From Eledone cirrhosa (lineage: Eukaryota), in assembly GCA_964016885.1 (NCBI GenBank), contig OZ024743.1, forward strand, positions 285,882,001 to 285,946,000: a stretch of DNA of 64,000 nucleotides. The letters are read 5' to 3'. A program made the position numbers and the translations under genes. Shown here one piece after another: positions 26,497-40,756 of this stretch (the stretch's first letter is position 1; each line of letters starts with the position of its first letter). Under the pieces are notes generated by a model. That model did not search any database and had not been told where the DNA came from. It saw nothing but the letters and a program-made list of their open reading frames with translations.

Positions 26497-26659
26497 TCTA
26501 TGGCAGAATTAGGAAAACAGAGCCCAGATTTCCTCAGGGAAATAGCCTTGCTCAGTGTGCAGGAAAGGAGTAGGTAGAATTCCAACCCAAATGGAAGCTA
26601 TGGGTACATAAAACATATTGTGGGATCACAGGTAGGCTATCAAAGAACATAGATTTTAT

Positions 26660-27700
26660 ATGTGGTGGATTTCACAGGTGCAGTCAGTAGCAAGAGTCCA
26701 CAGGATAATAGCTCCTTCAAATACCCAGATGGCTCTGTAGAAATAGTCAACAGTTTCCATTACCTGGGCGACCAAATCACCAGTGGAGGAAGGTGTTCCG
26801 AAAGCCAGAGTAAGAACAGGGTGGAGAAAATTCAGGGAGCTACTACCATTGCTGGCTACAAAAAGTTTTTCTTTCAAAATGAAGGGTAGATTGTACAATG
26901 CTTGTATACAAACAGCAATGTTGCATGGTGCTGTGTGCAGAGGATCTGCGAAGATTGGAAAACAATGAAGCCTGCATGCTCTGGTGGATGTGTAATAGTA
27001 TATACATGAACCGCAAAGTGAAAATGAACTCAGAGAGAAACTAGGCATAAGAGGGATCAGATACAGTGTGCAAGAGAGGAGGTTGCTTTGGTATGGCCAT
27101 GTGATGTGTATGAAGCATGACAGCTGTATAAAAAGGTGCAGGGTGATCAAAGTTGATGGAAGCTATGGAGTAGGAAGACCCAAGAAGACTTGTGATGAGG
27201 TGATAAAAGCTTACCTTGCACAATTGCACTTCTCAAAGACAATAACACAGGATGGAAATATTTGGCATTATGCAGTAATACAGAAAACCTGCCTTCCCAT
27301 GCACATGGATTAAAGCATATATCTAGTATGCATCTCTTAACCACTATTCTCTCTCCCGCTTCCATACTCCTCCAACGCCTTAGCACCCCTCCCACATTGA
27401 TCGTCTCATCCTTCACTCATGCCTTTACATCCATTGCCCCAGTCAACACTGTAAATTCGCCATGTAGGTGTCACCCGAAAAGCACCCAGCCCACACTGTA
27501 AATTAGCCGTGTAGGTGCCAATACAAAAAGCACCCAGAACATACTGTAAATGTGGTTGGCATTAAGAAAAGCATCCAATCATAGGAACCAAACCTGAAAC
27601 AGTTCTGTATCGACAAGACATGGTCACTTGACCAGACTTTCCTTAAATGGGAGGTCCTGTCTAATCCATGCTAGCATTGAAAACAGACATTAAACGATGA
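26660..27700 (+). mobile_element. RTE-type LINE 3' fragment with 3' UTR
   Basis: Frameshifted VEIVNSFHYLGDQI / RVRTGWRKFRELLPLLATK / RRLLWYGHVM..GRPKKT, ending in AAACGATGAT. Confidence 0.85.
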
Positions 27701-27854
27701 TAATTGTTTCTACTTTAGGTTTCTACTTTAAGCAGTACCAGTACATTACTGGTACTTTATTTTATCGACCCCGTAAGGATGAAAGGCAAAGTTAATCTCG
27801 GCAGGATAATGATGATGATATACATATATACAGAACTTTCATCATATCATCCTT

Positions 27855-28240
27855 TTGAGAAACGTGGACCCGATACTTCTATGCAATGGCACACACTTTA
27901 CAACCAGGAGGATGATGAACCATCTCCTAGAGGCCACTATTTTTGGAGGCAATCATCAAGGAGAAAATGCATTTATCCCCAAGATTCCTTTTATCCCTCC
28001 TTCTACCGAGCTGCCTTTCAAATTCTCAAGACTTCAGTTCCCTGTTAGAGCCAGTTTTGCTATGACCATAAGTAAGGCTCAGGCTCAGATTTTCAAAGTT
28101 GTAGAATCGCATACAAGAGAATCACTTTCTACCCATGGACAGTTATATATAGGTTGTTTACGACTGGGAACACCTAGAAATCTTCATATGCATGAGCGAT
28201 AAAACGAAGAATCTGGTGTATCTAGAAGATTTTTTACAGT
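27855..28240 (+). mobile_element. Helitron PIF1-helicase C-terminal fragment
   Basis: FIPKIPFIP..LPFKFSRLQFPVRASFAMTISKAQAQ..THGQLYIGCLRL matches the RxQFPxxxxFAMTINKSQGQ...HGQLYVALSR motifs. Confidence 0.85.
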
Positions 28241-28308
28241 TTATTTTATTTTCTGTCACACACACACACACACAATACTAGCCGAAACATATCAAAGTTA
28301 TCAAAGTT

Positions 28309-28372
<64 letters not shown>

Positions 28373-28378
<6 letters not shown>

Positions 28379-28952
28379 CGGACTTCTATGTTTTACCGGC
28401 GAAGATTCGAAACCGAATCTGAGCTTTCTCGCCTCTGGGACAATCTATCGTTGGAAGTTCTCACCATTGTCCTGTCAAGACAACGATGATAAATGTACAT
28501 TCCATTTGACCTGTGACCCCAACCTCTTGGGAGACGATAACCACAGGTCTAATCATAAATCAACCTCATATATCCATCCTTCTAACTTTAGCACTTATTA
28601 TAAATACAAGGAGTTAAGGAACCAAAGGGTCAGACTCGAAGCAGCAGTCAACAGAAGATAAGCGATGTAGACATTAGCAGGCCTTTCACCCTACCTTTTT
28701 TCTGGCCCTTACTGGCTTACCTCCTCGGCCACCGAAACAGCCAGACAGCCAGCCATGCCTGCCTGACAGATTGACCACTACTACTAAGACAATAACGTAT
28801 ATTAAGAATAGGCACACACACACATAGTAAGTTCATATTGTTTATATTATACTCTCATCCTATTCTTCCTGTAATATTGTATCTGCAAGACACGACACAA
28901 CTTTTACATCATCGACTTCTGAGATACACACGTTAGCTCGTAGCAGCTAACA
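28373..28952 (+). mobile_element. Possible solo LTR
   Basis: Starts TATAAC (degenerate TGTAAC?), has internal TATAAATA, ends GCAGCTAACA; GC-richer than flanks; no TSD confirmed. Confidence 0.3.
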
Positions 28953-29300
28953 ATTTAATGTACGGATATTTTCATGTCATAAATTTTATTACTAAGTGTC
29001 CAAATCGAATATTGTTATTATAAAATAAACATTGTTAACAACTCAATCATGGTATTATTCTGTTCATCAAACTACCATACAAAGAATACAACTTATCCGT
29101 TACATATATATATATATATATATAAAGAGAGAGAGAGAGAGGGGGGAGAGAGACAGAGAGAGAGAGAGAGAACGAGAGAGAAACAGTAAATAAATGAGTA
29201 AGTGGATAGATAAGTGGGTAATGCATGTGAGTTACATACACTAGATGGACAAGCACATTCATATATGCACACATACACATATTTTATATAATTATTATTT

Positions 29301-29477
29301 GGTGGATTGGCAGTATCGGTAGAGGGTCGGACGCCATGCTTTGACGCATAGAGTTACGGTTCTTGCCATTCTGAGTTCAAATCCCGCCGAGGTTAACTTT
29401 GCCTTTCATCCTCACGGGGTCGATGAAATAAAGTACCACTGGGTAATTGCTGGCCTTGTGCCAAAAGTAGAAACAAT
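29301..29477 (+). mobile_element. tRNA-derived SINE copy
   Basis: Same family as 23583-23768. Confidence 0.85.
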
Positions 29478-29579
29478 TATTATTTAACATTCCTTCTTCC
29501 TGATAGCAAGGGTTGGATGACTCGTTGCACACCAAGCTAGTACTCAAGCAAAGCTACTGACACACATTCACACACAAAC

Positions 29580-30945
29580 ATCTTTGTAAAAATACCAAAT
29601 TTTGTTATAGAAGGAGGAGAACTAAAGCCTAGCAATAAACAGCTAATCCCTAAATACATATCCCGGCAGACATTAACACTAACCATAAACCAACAAACCT
29701 AGGACCGCTCTAAAATCCTCCGATATCGCAGCAATAACCTTAAATAACCCCAACCTCAACAAAAAAGATATAACTACTAATTAATGAAGTAAAAAACATA
29801 GTGATTGCTCTACTATCTTAACACTGACTACTATATAATTAACACATTGAATTTAGTCTATAAAAATACGACATATATAAAAGAAGGGAGAGTACAAAAG
29901 CCTAGCAATAAATACTGACTAAACTTAAGAGTTCACCCCTAAATTCAAACTCTAACAAACACTAACGCTAAACTTATACCCACAACATGACCGTGAACAT
30001 TAGGACTAACTTTAAACCAACAAACCTTAGCCCGCCCTAAACCCTCCGATGTCCTAGCAATAACCATAACATAACCTCAGCCCCAACCCTAATCTTAATA
30101 GAAGGATATAACTACTAATACATCAGAAAAATTATTGATTGCCATAGTCTTAACACCATATATAAATGCAAATGGATTAAGTTAAACTTTGTTTATAAAA
30201 ATACCATATTTATAATAGGAGGGGGAGCACTAAGCCCCAGCAGTAAATATTGACTGAACGTAATTGCTAACACCTAAATTCATATCCCAACAAACTCTAA
30301 TCTAAACCTTAAACCTTAAACCTTTCATGAACATTAAGACTAAACCAACGTCCTTAAGCCCTGAATTCCGCCAATACCCTACCAATAATCATAAAATATA
30401 AAATTGCCCCATGCATCAAATAAATTTTGTCTCAAGTCTTACATTAATTCTTAACTTAAATTTAATAATACATATCAAGAAATATGTTCCATATTTTTAT
30501 ATTCCACAAGGAAGATAACTCGAAAAGCCTACAGCTAAAAAAACTATATTAGTAATCTCCCTTTAAACGTTAATTTGTATAGTTTTTTAAAACAGTTTTG
30601 TACATACGCACACAAGACTAACCAAAATTCTAATGAAAGGTATATAACTACTAATTAATGGAGTGGAAAACATGCAAGTGATTGGTCTATACTCTTAACA
30701 CTAACTTCTATATAAATGCAGACACATTAAATTAAATTTAATCTATAAAAATACTATTTTCACAATAGAAGGTGGAGTACAAAAGCCTAGCACTAAATAT
30801 TGACTTTAAACTTAACAGCTAACCCCTAAGTTCAAACCCAACAAACACTAATGCTAACCGTAAACCCTAACCATGACCATGAATATTAAGCCTAACTTTA
30901 AACCAGCAAACCTAAGCTCTAACAGCCTCCGATGTCCTAGAAATA
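29580..30945. repeat. Diverged ~280-340 bp tandem repeat rich in CCCTAA/CACTAA-like hexamers
   Basis: Recurring AGRRGGRGAG(T/C)AC(A/T)AAAGCCTAGCAATAAA-like motif near 29610, 29885, 30218 and 30768. Confidence 0.7.
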
Positions 30946-31064
30946 ATGTGTGTGCGGTGTGCTGTCATTGTGTTAAACATAAAATCTTTAAAATATAATG
31001 CCTATCCTCTATAACTTAAAAATGACCTCAAAAATGATTGCAATTGACTTTTTTTTCCCCCTGA

Positions 31065-32695
31065 ATTAGTGTTAAATTTAGGGTTAGTGTTAGGGCAAGT
31101 TTTACTGCTAATGTTAAGTTTATTGTTAGTGACAGTGATCTGATACTGTTACTGTTAGCGTTACAGTTAGCGTTACAGCGTTATTGTTACTGTTACTGTT
31201 ATTGTTACTGTTACCGTTACTGTTAGGGTTACAGTTAGCGTTACTGTTACTGTTAGCGTTACTGTTACTGTTAGCGTTACTGTTATCGTTACTGTTGGCG
31301 TTACAGTTACGTTACTGTTACTGTTACTGTTACAGTTAGCGTTACTGTTACTGTTAGCGTTACTGTTACTGTTAGCGTTACTGTTATCGTTACTGTTGGC
31401 GTTACAGTTACGTTACTGTTACTGTTACTGTTACAGTTAGCGTTACTGTTACTGTTAGCGTTACTGTTACTGTTAGCGTTACTGTTATCGTTACTGTTGG
31501 CGTTACAGTTACGTTATTATTACTGTTACTGTTACTGTTAGCGTTACTGTTACTGTTAACGTTACTGTTACTGTTAGCGTTACTGTTGGCGTTACAGTTA
31601 CGTTATTATTACTGTTACTGTTACTGTTAGCGTTACTGTTACTGTTAACGTTACTGTTACTGTTATCGTTACTGTTGGCGTTACAGTTACGTTATTATTA
31701 CTGTTACTGTTACTGTTAGCGTTACTGTTACTGTTAACGTTACTGTTAGCGTTACTGTTTCTGTTACTCTTACTGTTACTATTATCGTTACTGTTAGCGT
31801 TACTGTTAGTGTTACTGTTAGCCTTACTGTTGGCGTTTGCATTATCATTTGCGTTAGCGTCAGCGTTTGCGTTAATGTCATCGTTGGCGTTTGTGTAAGC
31901 GTCTACATAAGCGTTTGCGTCAGCGTTAGTATTTGCGTTAACACTTACGTAAGCGTCAGCGTTAGTGACTGCGTCTGCGTTAGCGTTTGCGTTAGCGTTT
32001 GCGTTAGCGTTTGCGTAAGCATTAGCACCTGCATCAAAGTTAGAGTTTGAGTTAGCGTTAGCATTTGCATTTGCGTTAGCGTCAGCATTTGAGTTAGGGA
32101 TAGCATTTCCATTAGCGTTCGCGTTTGGGTTTGCGTTTGCATTTGCATTAGTGTCAGCGTTTGCGTCTGCGTTTCCGTCAGCGTTTGCGTCAGCGTTAGC
32201 GTTGGTGCTTGCATTTGCGTCTGCATCTGTGTCAGCGTTAGCGTTTGCGTTAGCGTTTGCGTTAGCGCTTGCATTAGCGTCAGCGTTTGCGTCAGCATCA
32301 CTGTTAGTGTGTTTGTGTTAGTGCATGTTAGTGAATGTTAGTGTTAGTGTTTGTATTAGCGTTTGCGTCAGCGTTACTGTTAGTGTTAAAGAGTGTTGGT
32401 GTTCAGGTTAGTATTAGTGTTAGTGCTAGTTTTAGTGTTAGTGTTTTTGTTAGTGTTATTGTAAGTGTTTGTGTTAGTGTTAGTGTTTGTGTTAGTGTTT
32501 GTGATAGTGTTAGTTTTAGTGCTAGTGTTCAGGGTTGTGTTAGTGTTCAGGTTAGTGTTAGTGTTAGTATTCTGGTTAGTGTTAGAGTTCAGGTTAGTAT
32601 TTGTGTTAAGGTTCGGGTTAGTGTTAGTATTAAGTTAACTGATAAGGTATGTGTTAGTGTAAGTTTAGGGTTCGGTTTTAGTTTACGGTTAGGTT
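31065..32695. repeat. Degenerate hexamer satellite: (GTTACT)n, (GTTAGC/GTTTGC)n, (GTTAGT)n, with TTAGGG at both ends
   Basis: 6-bp periodicity read directly from the sequence. Confidence 0.9.
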
Positions 32696-33659
32696 TTCTG
32701 CTTTCCGGGAAAACCAATCAAGGTCTAGACTGAGTCAATTGGAATTCTTGCAGAAAACATAACTATACAATGTTCCTATACTAATTTGTTTTTTATATAT
32801 GCTGAATAATAGCATCATTGATGCAAGAACAAAATTGGAAATAGTAAGGTTACTTTTCCAACACAATCTTCTTCAGGTTCTTAATTTGCAAAGAACATCA
32901 GTTTGATGGCAATCTTGCTCTTGGGGAGATTTCTTGAAAGGAGTGCAAGAGTGACCAGTAAGGCAATGCATAAAGAATAAGATCAATTGTATTGCCTGTA
33001 AGTAGGTTAAAGAAATTCTTATCCAAAATTAAAGCAACCAACATACCTTGATATTGAGGATAATATTGCTGTTCAAGTTAGGCCCTGACCAAGCAAATAT
33101 ATGGCAGGTACACTTAATCCATCACCCAGTTTAACAACACTATCTGGCTCCTGAGTACCTTTAGAAGAGTCAACTCTGTTGCAAGCGTCCAGTCCAAGTA
33201 TCTGGCTTGAGGATCCTTCCTCCCACCAGTCTCAGAGGCCCTGAAAAGGCTCATGGTTGCCGTCTTTCATTCCCTGACTAGACAGTACATAAAAAGTGTT
33301 CACTTCTAATGGAGCAGTGCTTTTGACAGAAAACCATATTCAAAATTGAATGCAAATTACTCTACTAAACTTGTAAAGTCATATATATGCTCATGGTCAA
33401 CTTCAAACCTAAAGCCAATTCATGTTGAAGTCATTCTGCCACTTCAACTCAAGTTGCATCATTTGAACTTCTATTGGGGCAACCACAACAATAATATCAA
33501 ATGTGATGTATTCTAATCATAAACATAACTTTATTATTTATTTATTTATTTTGCATAGTTGAATCTATAACTAATTTATCCAATGTGTCCTTGCTTTTTT
33601 TTTTTTTAATAGGGTGTGCTTTAAGAGAGATTTCTAGCTGATCAAGCAATCATATAGAG

Positions 33660-34021
33660 CATGGTTTCCCAACCTGGGCGATATTGCTCTCTGGTGGGTG
33701 CTTTTAACTGTTGGGTGGGTGATGAGCAGCTGAACAGAAAATGGTGGGTAACTGGAAATTTTGGTGGATGATATAGGATTTTGAGTATTAAGAAGGTATT
33801 TCAACATATGCTACCCGAAAAAAAAATATTCAAAGGAGATATGTGAAGAACCTGTATATATAAAAAAAAAAAACAGGAGTCTAAATGGGAATAATGAACC
33901 AGTAACAAATTTTTTATCAAACAGTTTTGTTATGCTTTTTTATATTTACTATACAGGTGCGCGGTGGAAAATGTTTCCATGTGAAAATGGGCAATGATGT
34001 AAAAAAGGTTGGGAACCCCTG
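33660..34021. mobile_element. hAT (Charlie-like) MITE
   Basis: TIRs CATGGTTTCCCAACCT / AGGTTGGGAACCCCTG; 8-bp TSD ATATAGAG / ATGTAGAG. Confidence 0.85.
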
Positions 34022-34911
34022 ATGTAGAGGATCGCTTATTGGCTGAACGTTACCATTGTTGAAAGATTTTGAGGTAATGTAATTTTTGCAGCCCCAGTCA
34101 CTGGAATAAATACCAATGCATATGTCTTGTATTTCCTTAAAAATTCAGTTCATGGGCTCAAATCTATTGCAGGCATTTAGTTGGAACTTAATGCAAGTCA
34201 CTTTCCCCTATATGATCATGTGGTCAGCCTGAGTTATCAGTGGAAAGTAAATCTACTGTTGGGAATAGGTACCTACAATAAATAACCTGGTATTCTATGC
34301 AGGATGAAGTTTGCCTCATTCAAAAAGCACTACTAAAACTGGAATAAAGCAATGGTTCAATGGATCCCAAACATTTATGAACGAATTTGATTTTCTCTAA
34401 AATGGACTTGTATCTAACAAAGGAACTACTGTATATAAGCTGACCCCACTATTTCATATCTGAAAAATTAGCAAAAATCCAAACTTTATTCACATAGAAT
34501 TTGAAGTAGGTGAAAATCATCAAAACATTGAGCCTGAATTTAAGTTGACCCACATCCTTTCTACTATTGATTTTTTGGTCACATTATTCCTCAACTTATA
34601 CTTGAGTATATACGATATATTTTCGATATGCAAAAAACTAAATATCAATAACTAGCTGGACCAATGGAAATACCATGGCTATTTGTTGACAATTCAAACA
34701 TAATAATTACTCTGGCATACAATCATACACAATTTTGTTGATGTAATTATCATGTGAGTATAGATAAATGAGAAGGAAATTAGATTTTATTTTGCCTCAA
34801 CAACTAATAATTCATAACATTATAACTGTTGTATCAGTATAGTTACTACATCATTGTACCATTAATTAATATTATCATAATTTATACCATTAATTTAATA
34901 CTTCTTTATAT

Positions 34912-35360
34912 CATCATCACCATTTAACATCCATTTTCCATGCTTGCATGGGTTAGACAGGTCATCAACGACATGAGACTAGTCTGGCCAGTTGGTTGCA
35001 CCATGCCTTGCTCAGACAGAACTGTAAATTTTGCCTGGATTTTTACAGTCGGATGCACTTCCTAACACCAACTACATTTATAGTATGGAATTGTATGACA
35101 CTGTTATGAGGAGGGACAAATCAATTGGCTGCACCGAGCCCTGCTCATATCAGAACAATAGTTTGAGAGCAGCAACCACATTTACAGTGTGGTACTGGAT
35201 GGCGCTGTTATGAGGAGGGACAGGCCAGCTGGCCAACCACAAGTACCGTACTGCTTGCCTTTGATCTTGAGTAAGACCTTTTGTAGCTAGCAACAGCTCC
35301 CTGAACTTTTTCCATCCCGTTCTTACTCTGGACTTTCTGCACAACCACCTCTGCTGCTGA
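34912..35360 (-). mobile_element. RTE-type LINE fragments
   Basis: Minus strand RVRTGWKKFRELLLATKG plus the same 3' UTR family as 27440-27700. Confidence 0.75.
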
Positions 35361-35569
35361 TATAATAATATGTTTTTAGTGATAGATTTTGACTTTGGTT
35401 TCTTTGCTTATTAGTATTAATTGCCTAAACAAAAACATCAGTTAATTTCCTAGCCCTAGGGAATGCAACATATAACTAACATCATTAAACATGGGTTGTA
35501 GTAAGTAAATCCCTATCTGATTAAATGTTTCACCCTGTTTTATTTATTGTCATTGAACACTCTGAAGAA

Positions 35570-36087
35570 ACTCAGCAGTGCTGGCGATTTCTCACATTTC
35601 TCTTCAGCCCTTTGACATGGACTTACCATTCATTCTACGAAGATTACAATTGCCCATCAAACCTGCTTTTGTTATGTCAATAAATATGAGTCAAGGACAA
35701 AGTTTAGAAAGATGTGGACTGTATCTACCTGATCCAGTGTTCATACACAGACTATTATTTTGCTAACATCAGAGTGGGAGACCCTGAAGATCAGTGCATA
35801 TACACAGACCAAATAGAATTCAGCAGCACAACCAAGAAGAAACAAGATGATGGAAAAAGAACTTTGACAAGGCATGTTGTTTATCATGAAGTTATCTTCA
35901 TGAATATACTTATTCTGTAGAATACGAAACAAAGTATTTTATATAACTGTTGTTGTTTAACAGTATTCAAAGTGCTATTAATCTTCGCTGAGAAATTCAA
36001 TCTAAACATTATTTGAACAATTTAGAAAGATAGGTACATGATTAACAAATATTTTTACTGGCAGCATAATAATGGGTAATGCCCTAG
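35570..36087 (+). mobile_element. Helitron 3' end
   Basis: LPFILRRLQLPIKPAFVMSINMSQGQSLERCGLYLPDPVF; terminal CTAG followed by T at 36084-36088. Confidence 0.8.
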
Positions 36088-36329
36088 TCTAACTAAAAAC
36101 TATGTTCTTTGTAAAAGGTTCAATTTAACAAATGACAGTTAATTGCACTAAAACACATATGTTAAATTATTGACAATTAAAAGGAAGATAAATTATAGTT
36201 CAATAAAAAAAAAATCAAACTACATTCTTCACTTTTCCCTCCTTACCACCACCACCACCACCTTCGTTAGCCAATACCCCTATTGATAATGCCACCAGTG
36301 CTGGATGGCTTGACTGGTTAGAAAGTCAC

Positions 36330-36780
36330 CTAAGCAATGAGAATCAGGAGTGATAATCCCAATATTTAATTCATGAAACACTAGCTGATCCTAAAATGAG
36401 AGACAAGAGGGATTGCTCCAATTATAAAGAGAATTCCTTGTTAAGCCTACTTGGTAAAGTCTATGTTAAGTGTCTGGCAAAGAGGAGTAGGGAGATTGTT
36501 GTGTCCAAGTTGGCTGATAAACAGTGTTGTTTTCAACCCAGACACAGTACAACCAACCAAATATTCGCACTGCAGGTCTTTGAGAAATTGTGGGCATACA
36601 ATCACTGCAGGAGTATGAAATTGATGGACAGCTGCTTGTTGCCCCGATGTCTCTATATAAATTCCCTAATATTTGTATTCAGATAAATCGAAACCATTCA
36701 ATATGAGAGTCGGACTCCACCAAGGTTGTGTACTATCACCTCTCCTGTTCAAGATATTCATGAACAGGATTGGCATGTGC
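36330..36780 (+). mobile_element. Non-LTR reverse transcriptase fragment (RTE-like)
   Basis: DKRDCSNYKENSLLSLLGKVY..KQCCFQPRHSTTNQIFALQ..EKLW and GLHQGCVLSPLLF. Confidence 0.8.
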
Positions 36781-38618
36781 AGCCAGACTGGAAATTAAAT
36801 TTCTCAGAAAACAAAATCCATAACTTATATTTCATCCCTTGTGGTAACATTCCTTTACATTCTGGTTTCAAATCCAAAGTTGACTCAGCTTTTTACTTGA
36901 TAAAATCAATAGGTGCCAGTAATATGCTGGGGATTAATTCAATAAGCCACACATCTATAATAGAAATCTCTATTATTACATGCTGAAAAATACTCTCTTT
37001 ATGGCAGGCTCTATATGCCACAACTGAAAATGTTCAGACATCTTCTGAGGTTGCAGCATCTACAGGCTTTCCTCAAGGCACATTTTCACACAGTTAAAGA
37101 AAAACCAAGATTATGCATATGGCATCTGGAATGTTGTCAGACATTCACAATTCTCTAGCAGTTGGGCAACGCATCTGGTTGGATGTCAACCCTTGCAGCC
37201 TATAGAGGGTTTGTCATGAGCTATGATATTTTTGGGGAGATTCTGGATGACTCTGAGGAAGAACTGGTCTATCTCTTTATGAAGACTTTCAGCCTGGGGA
37301 CTACAAACAACTATTAGAAATCCTGGCAATGCTACTCAGGAGGCACTGCCTGTTTAGAATAAATTCAACAGGCATAAAAGCACTATGAACTAAGTTTGAT
37401 GCATAGAGTTATGAAACATGCGTACATTCATGCAGTGTTTGAGCCTTGTTGATCTGTAGACTTGTCTATCAGTCAGTCATGACTATCAACCAGATCAGGA
37501 AGACCATGTAGTCTTCATCAGTCTGGTTGCTATACCAACAGAAGTAGTGTGGTGGATGAAATTGGAAAGAATGAGGACAAACACTTTCCTCTTTAGCCAA
37601 TCATTCATCAATTATTTTAAGTACCACTTGGAGAGAAAGGTAAGGGTGGCGATGGAGGTGCTACTCTTCAATATATTTTCTGAAAGGTTTAAGTGGCAAG
37701 TGTGACCTATTCTCTGAAGAACACAGATGAAGAAAGCAGTTCATGCTGTAAAGTGGTTGACAATAGGACAGACATCCAGCCATAGAAACCAAGCCAAAAA
37801 CGAAATCTATGAGTAAGACTTGATCATCTCACTAGTCAAGCCTTAAAATAGGACAACCTGTCTAATCCATGAAAGTGTGGAAAATAGACATAAACGGTGG
37901 TAATTATGATGCACAAGGCCAACAAATTTGGGCAAATGACAAAGTTAATTAAATCAACCTCTGTACTTAACTGGAATTTTATTTTATTTACCCCTGAAGG
38001 ATGAAAGGCAAAGTTGACCTCAGTGGGATTTGAACTTAGAATATTAAGAGCCAGAACAAATGCCACAATGGCATTTTATTCAAGGCTGTACCAATTCTGC
38101 CAGTCCACCAAGAAATATAGCAAGAGTTAATGAAATGGTATATGTGTTTCTTAAAACACTTAACTTAACTCCTCCATCATGTGAATGTTTCAGTTTTGAC
38201 ACAGGCTCTCAGATCAAAACACTTGCCTAACAAGTATGAATGCAAATATATGTCTAATCAAGAAATTTGTTTTACAACCAAGTGGATTTGAGTTCAATCC
38301 TACTGTTCAGCACCTTGGACAAGTGTTTTTTTTTCATTATCACGATTGGCCTACATCTTGTATGTGGAATTTGGTAGGCAGAAATTCTGCAGAAGCCCAT
38401 CATGTGTGTATATGCATATTTTTCGTCGATATAAATCAGTGAACGATAGTGGTTTGAAAACAAAATGAAAATGAAAGAAAAAAAACGATGCATTTCGAAG
38501 TTTCTTGAGATGTTTGTTCTGCATCGAGTTATAAACACTCCCTTGCCATTCTCACAATCAAACTTGTCCCTTATTTTTGCACGAAAAATTCCAATAGCTA
38601 TCTATCTATATATCTATC

Positions 38619-39106
38619 GATTGTCATGATCAAACCGCCACCCTCCTTCAAAAACGAAGGAGAGGCGGTTTTCCTTTGTGTGATAGCTATGGCGAAAGAG
38701 GTTGTATGGTGGACGAGGTTAAAAGGGCTGAGGTCAGACACCTTTCTCTCCGGCCAACAACTGATTCTTTTTTTCAAATACCACTTTGGAAGAAGAAAGT
38801 TTTATGAAAGGTGGGTGAAAGTGGCGAGAATGGCCCGAGTGAATGGGCCTTCTCTCTATATCAGCCTGTAGGTTGAGGAAAAAGAGGAAGAGAGGAAAGG
38901 GGTACAAACTCTTCGTATTCCTGGAGATGAGGGTTGCACATTCTTTCGGGGGTATGTGTTACTCATATGAAATGTCTCCCCCTATTGGGTAAAATCGATT
39001 AATTTTTAAATTACATTTGTGATAGCATTTTACACGTTTTTATTGTATGTAAACTTCCCCCTTTGTATTTGTCCCCTTCTTTTGTGCCCCTGTGGCTAAT
39101 AAAGAA
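38619..39106 (+). mobile_element. 5'-truncated L1/Tx1-clade LINE end
   Basis: ORF2 C-terminus-like FLCVIAMAKEVVWWTRLK..LILFFKYH..FYERW; 3' UTR ending AATAAAGAA; flanked by ATATATCTATC on both sides. Confidence 0.6.
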
Positions 39107-39854
39107 ATATATCTATCTATCTATCTAGAGAGAGAGAGAGAGAGACCCGTTGGTAGAGAAGGTTGATTTCTGGGCGTGAATGAAAGCATCCTCGGGATCA
39201 GCTAGTGTTTCATGAATTCTAATTAAAAATTTGAGATTGTAGAGTTTGTGACAGACGGACAAAAAGTTATGTAATCTAGTTTCATATCATATATCACAAC
39301 ATCTTATTTTCTCAATCCCTGAAACGCTAGGTACATGTGAGAAAATAATGTCGTAAGGAAATGTATAAGAAATCCTTGACTATTACTGAACTAAATTACT
39401 TTTCATATTAAATTTCTTCTTTCTACATTCTGAGTTCGAATCCCACTGCTTCTGACTTCGTCGTTCACCTTTCCGGTATCGATAAATCAAGGTACCAGTA
39501 TTATACTGCATTGATTTAATCGACTGTATCGATTAGACTTGCGTCTAGACGAACTAAGTGAGTGTAGCTATTCCTTCATTCTCATATTCGTTCATTCGCT
39601 TATTCAGCGTATTCTGTTATTCCATTCGCCATTATTGCTATCTTTATCTCGTGAAGTCGTGACACGTTCTGCCATGATCGTGAGACGAAATTTTCCGCAA
39701 GCTGCTTGATAATTTGACTCCAATGCAGAATTTTAAAAACTATATTACGACCTAAATTGACTTTATTGTATGTTTAGATATCTAAAAACAAAAAGGAAAA
39801 AAAGATATAAACAGGATTAAAAAATCAGCATTATCTACTTGTTAAAACTTCCGT

Positions 39855-39899
<45 letters not shown>

Positions 39900-40756
39900 C
39901 CATAAATTATATTGCCGAAATTACATTCATGGAATAATTTGGATTGTATATATATATGTGACAGCAAAACAAAATATTATTCATGTGCATATTTATATGC
40001 ATACATGCATCCCTGTATATTTATTTGTGCGGATAAGTATATTTTTGGACAGTATATTCGATTTCAGTTGTTACATTCTTCCCGCCATTGTTTCTAAGCA
40101 TTTCATGGATGTGAGATGGTATAATCTATATAGATAAATAGATGCCGTGGAGTTGTTGTTTAACCCTTAGGTCGGCTCTGCTCGAACAGACCAACGATCA
40201 AGGCATTGCAACTGATTGCTCTATTGGTTTCTTATGTGCAAGGAATACTCGACCACATTATCAAATGTGTCTTTTTCTAAGTCGATAGAGTGGTATTTGA
40301 GAAAAATTCGGCTGTTATTTCTAGGAGGTCGAGCGGCCATTAGAGGCTCATAGTGAGGATGAGTGGCGTGAAAATGACTCTACAGGACAATAATACTATG
40401 AGAAAGTTATTTTCCTGGGCAAAGCAGTCAATTTTTTTCCACTGTAGATCTAGATCCAACTAAATGTCATGCAACTATTCGACCCAACTCTTATCTTTAC
40501 TTTTTCCTATTTAACAACCAACCATCCGAACCTCAACTGAGTTGAACTGTCACCGATGAAATTAATCTCTTCTCTTTCTCTTTCATATTATTATTATTAT
40601 TGTTGTTTTCAAAGCGTATAATTCCACCATCAATCACATCACCTATTTCAAGTTAAGTTAATATTATTAAACAGTAAATCTCAATAGACTCCTACATAAA
40701 ATCAGCAACAATTATATTTATAACTAAACTTAAGAAGTAAACAATCAATAATAATA

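Noticed and set aside
27855-28202. Host PIF1 helicase gene (also 35578-35920)
   Set aside because: Only degenerate C-terminal motifs with frameshifts, and a Helitron-type CTAG end at 36087; these are Helitron debris
31687-32733. Thr/Gln/Leu- and Val/Ser-rich ORFs resembling mucin or antifreeze proteins
   Set aside because: By-products of the hexamer satellite
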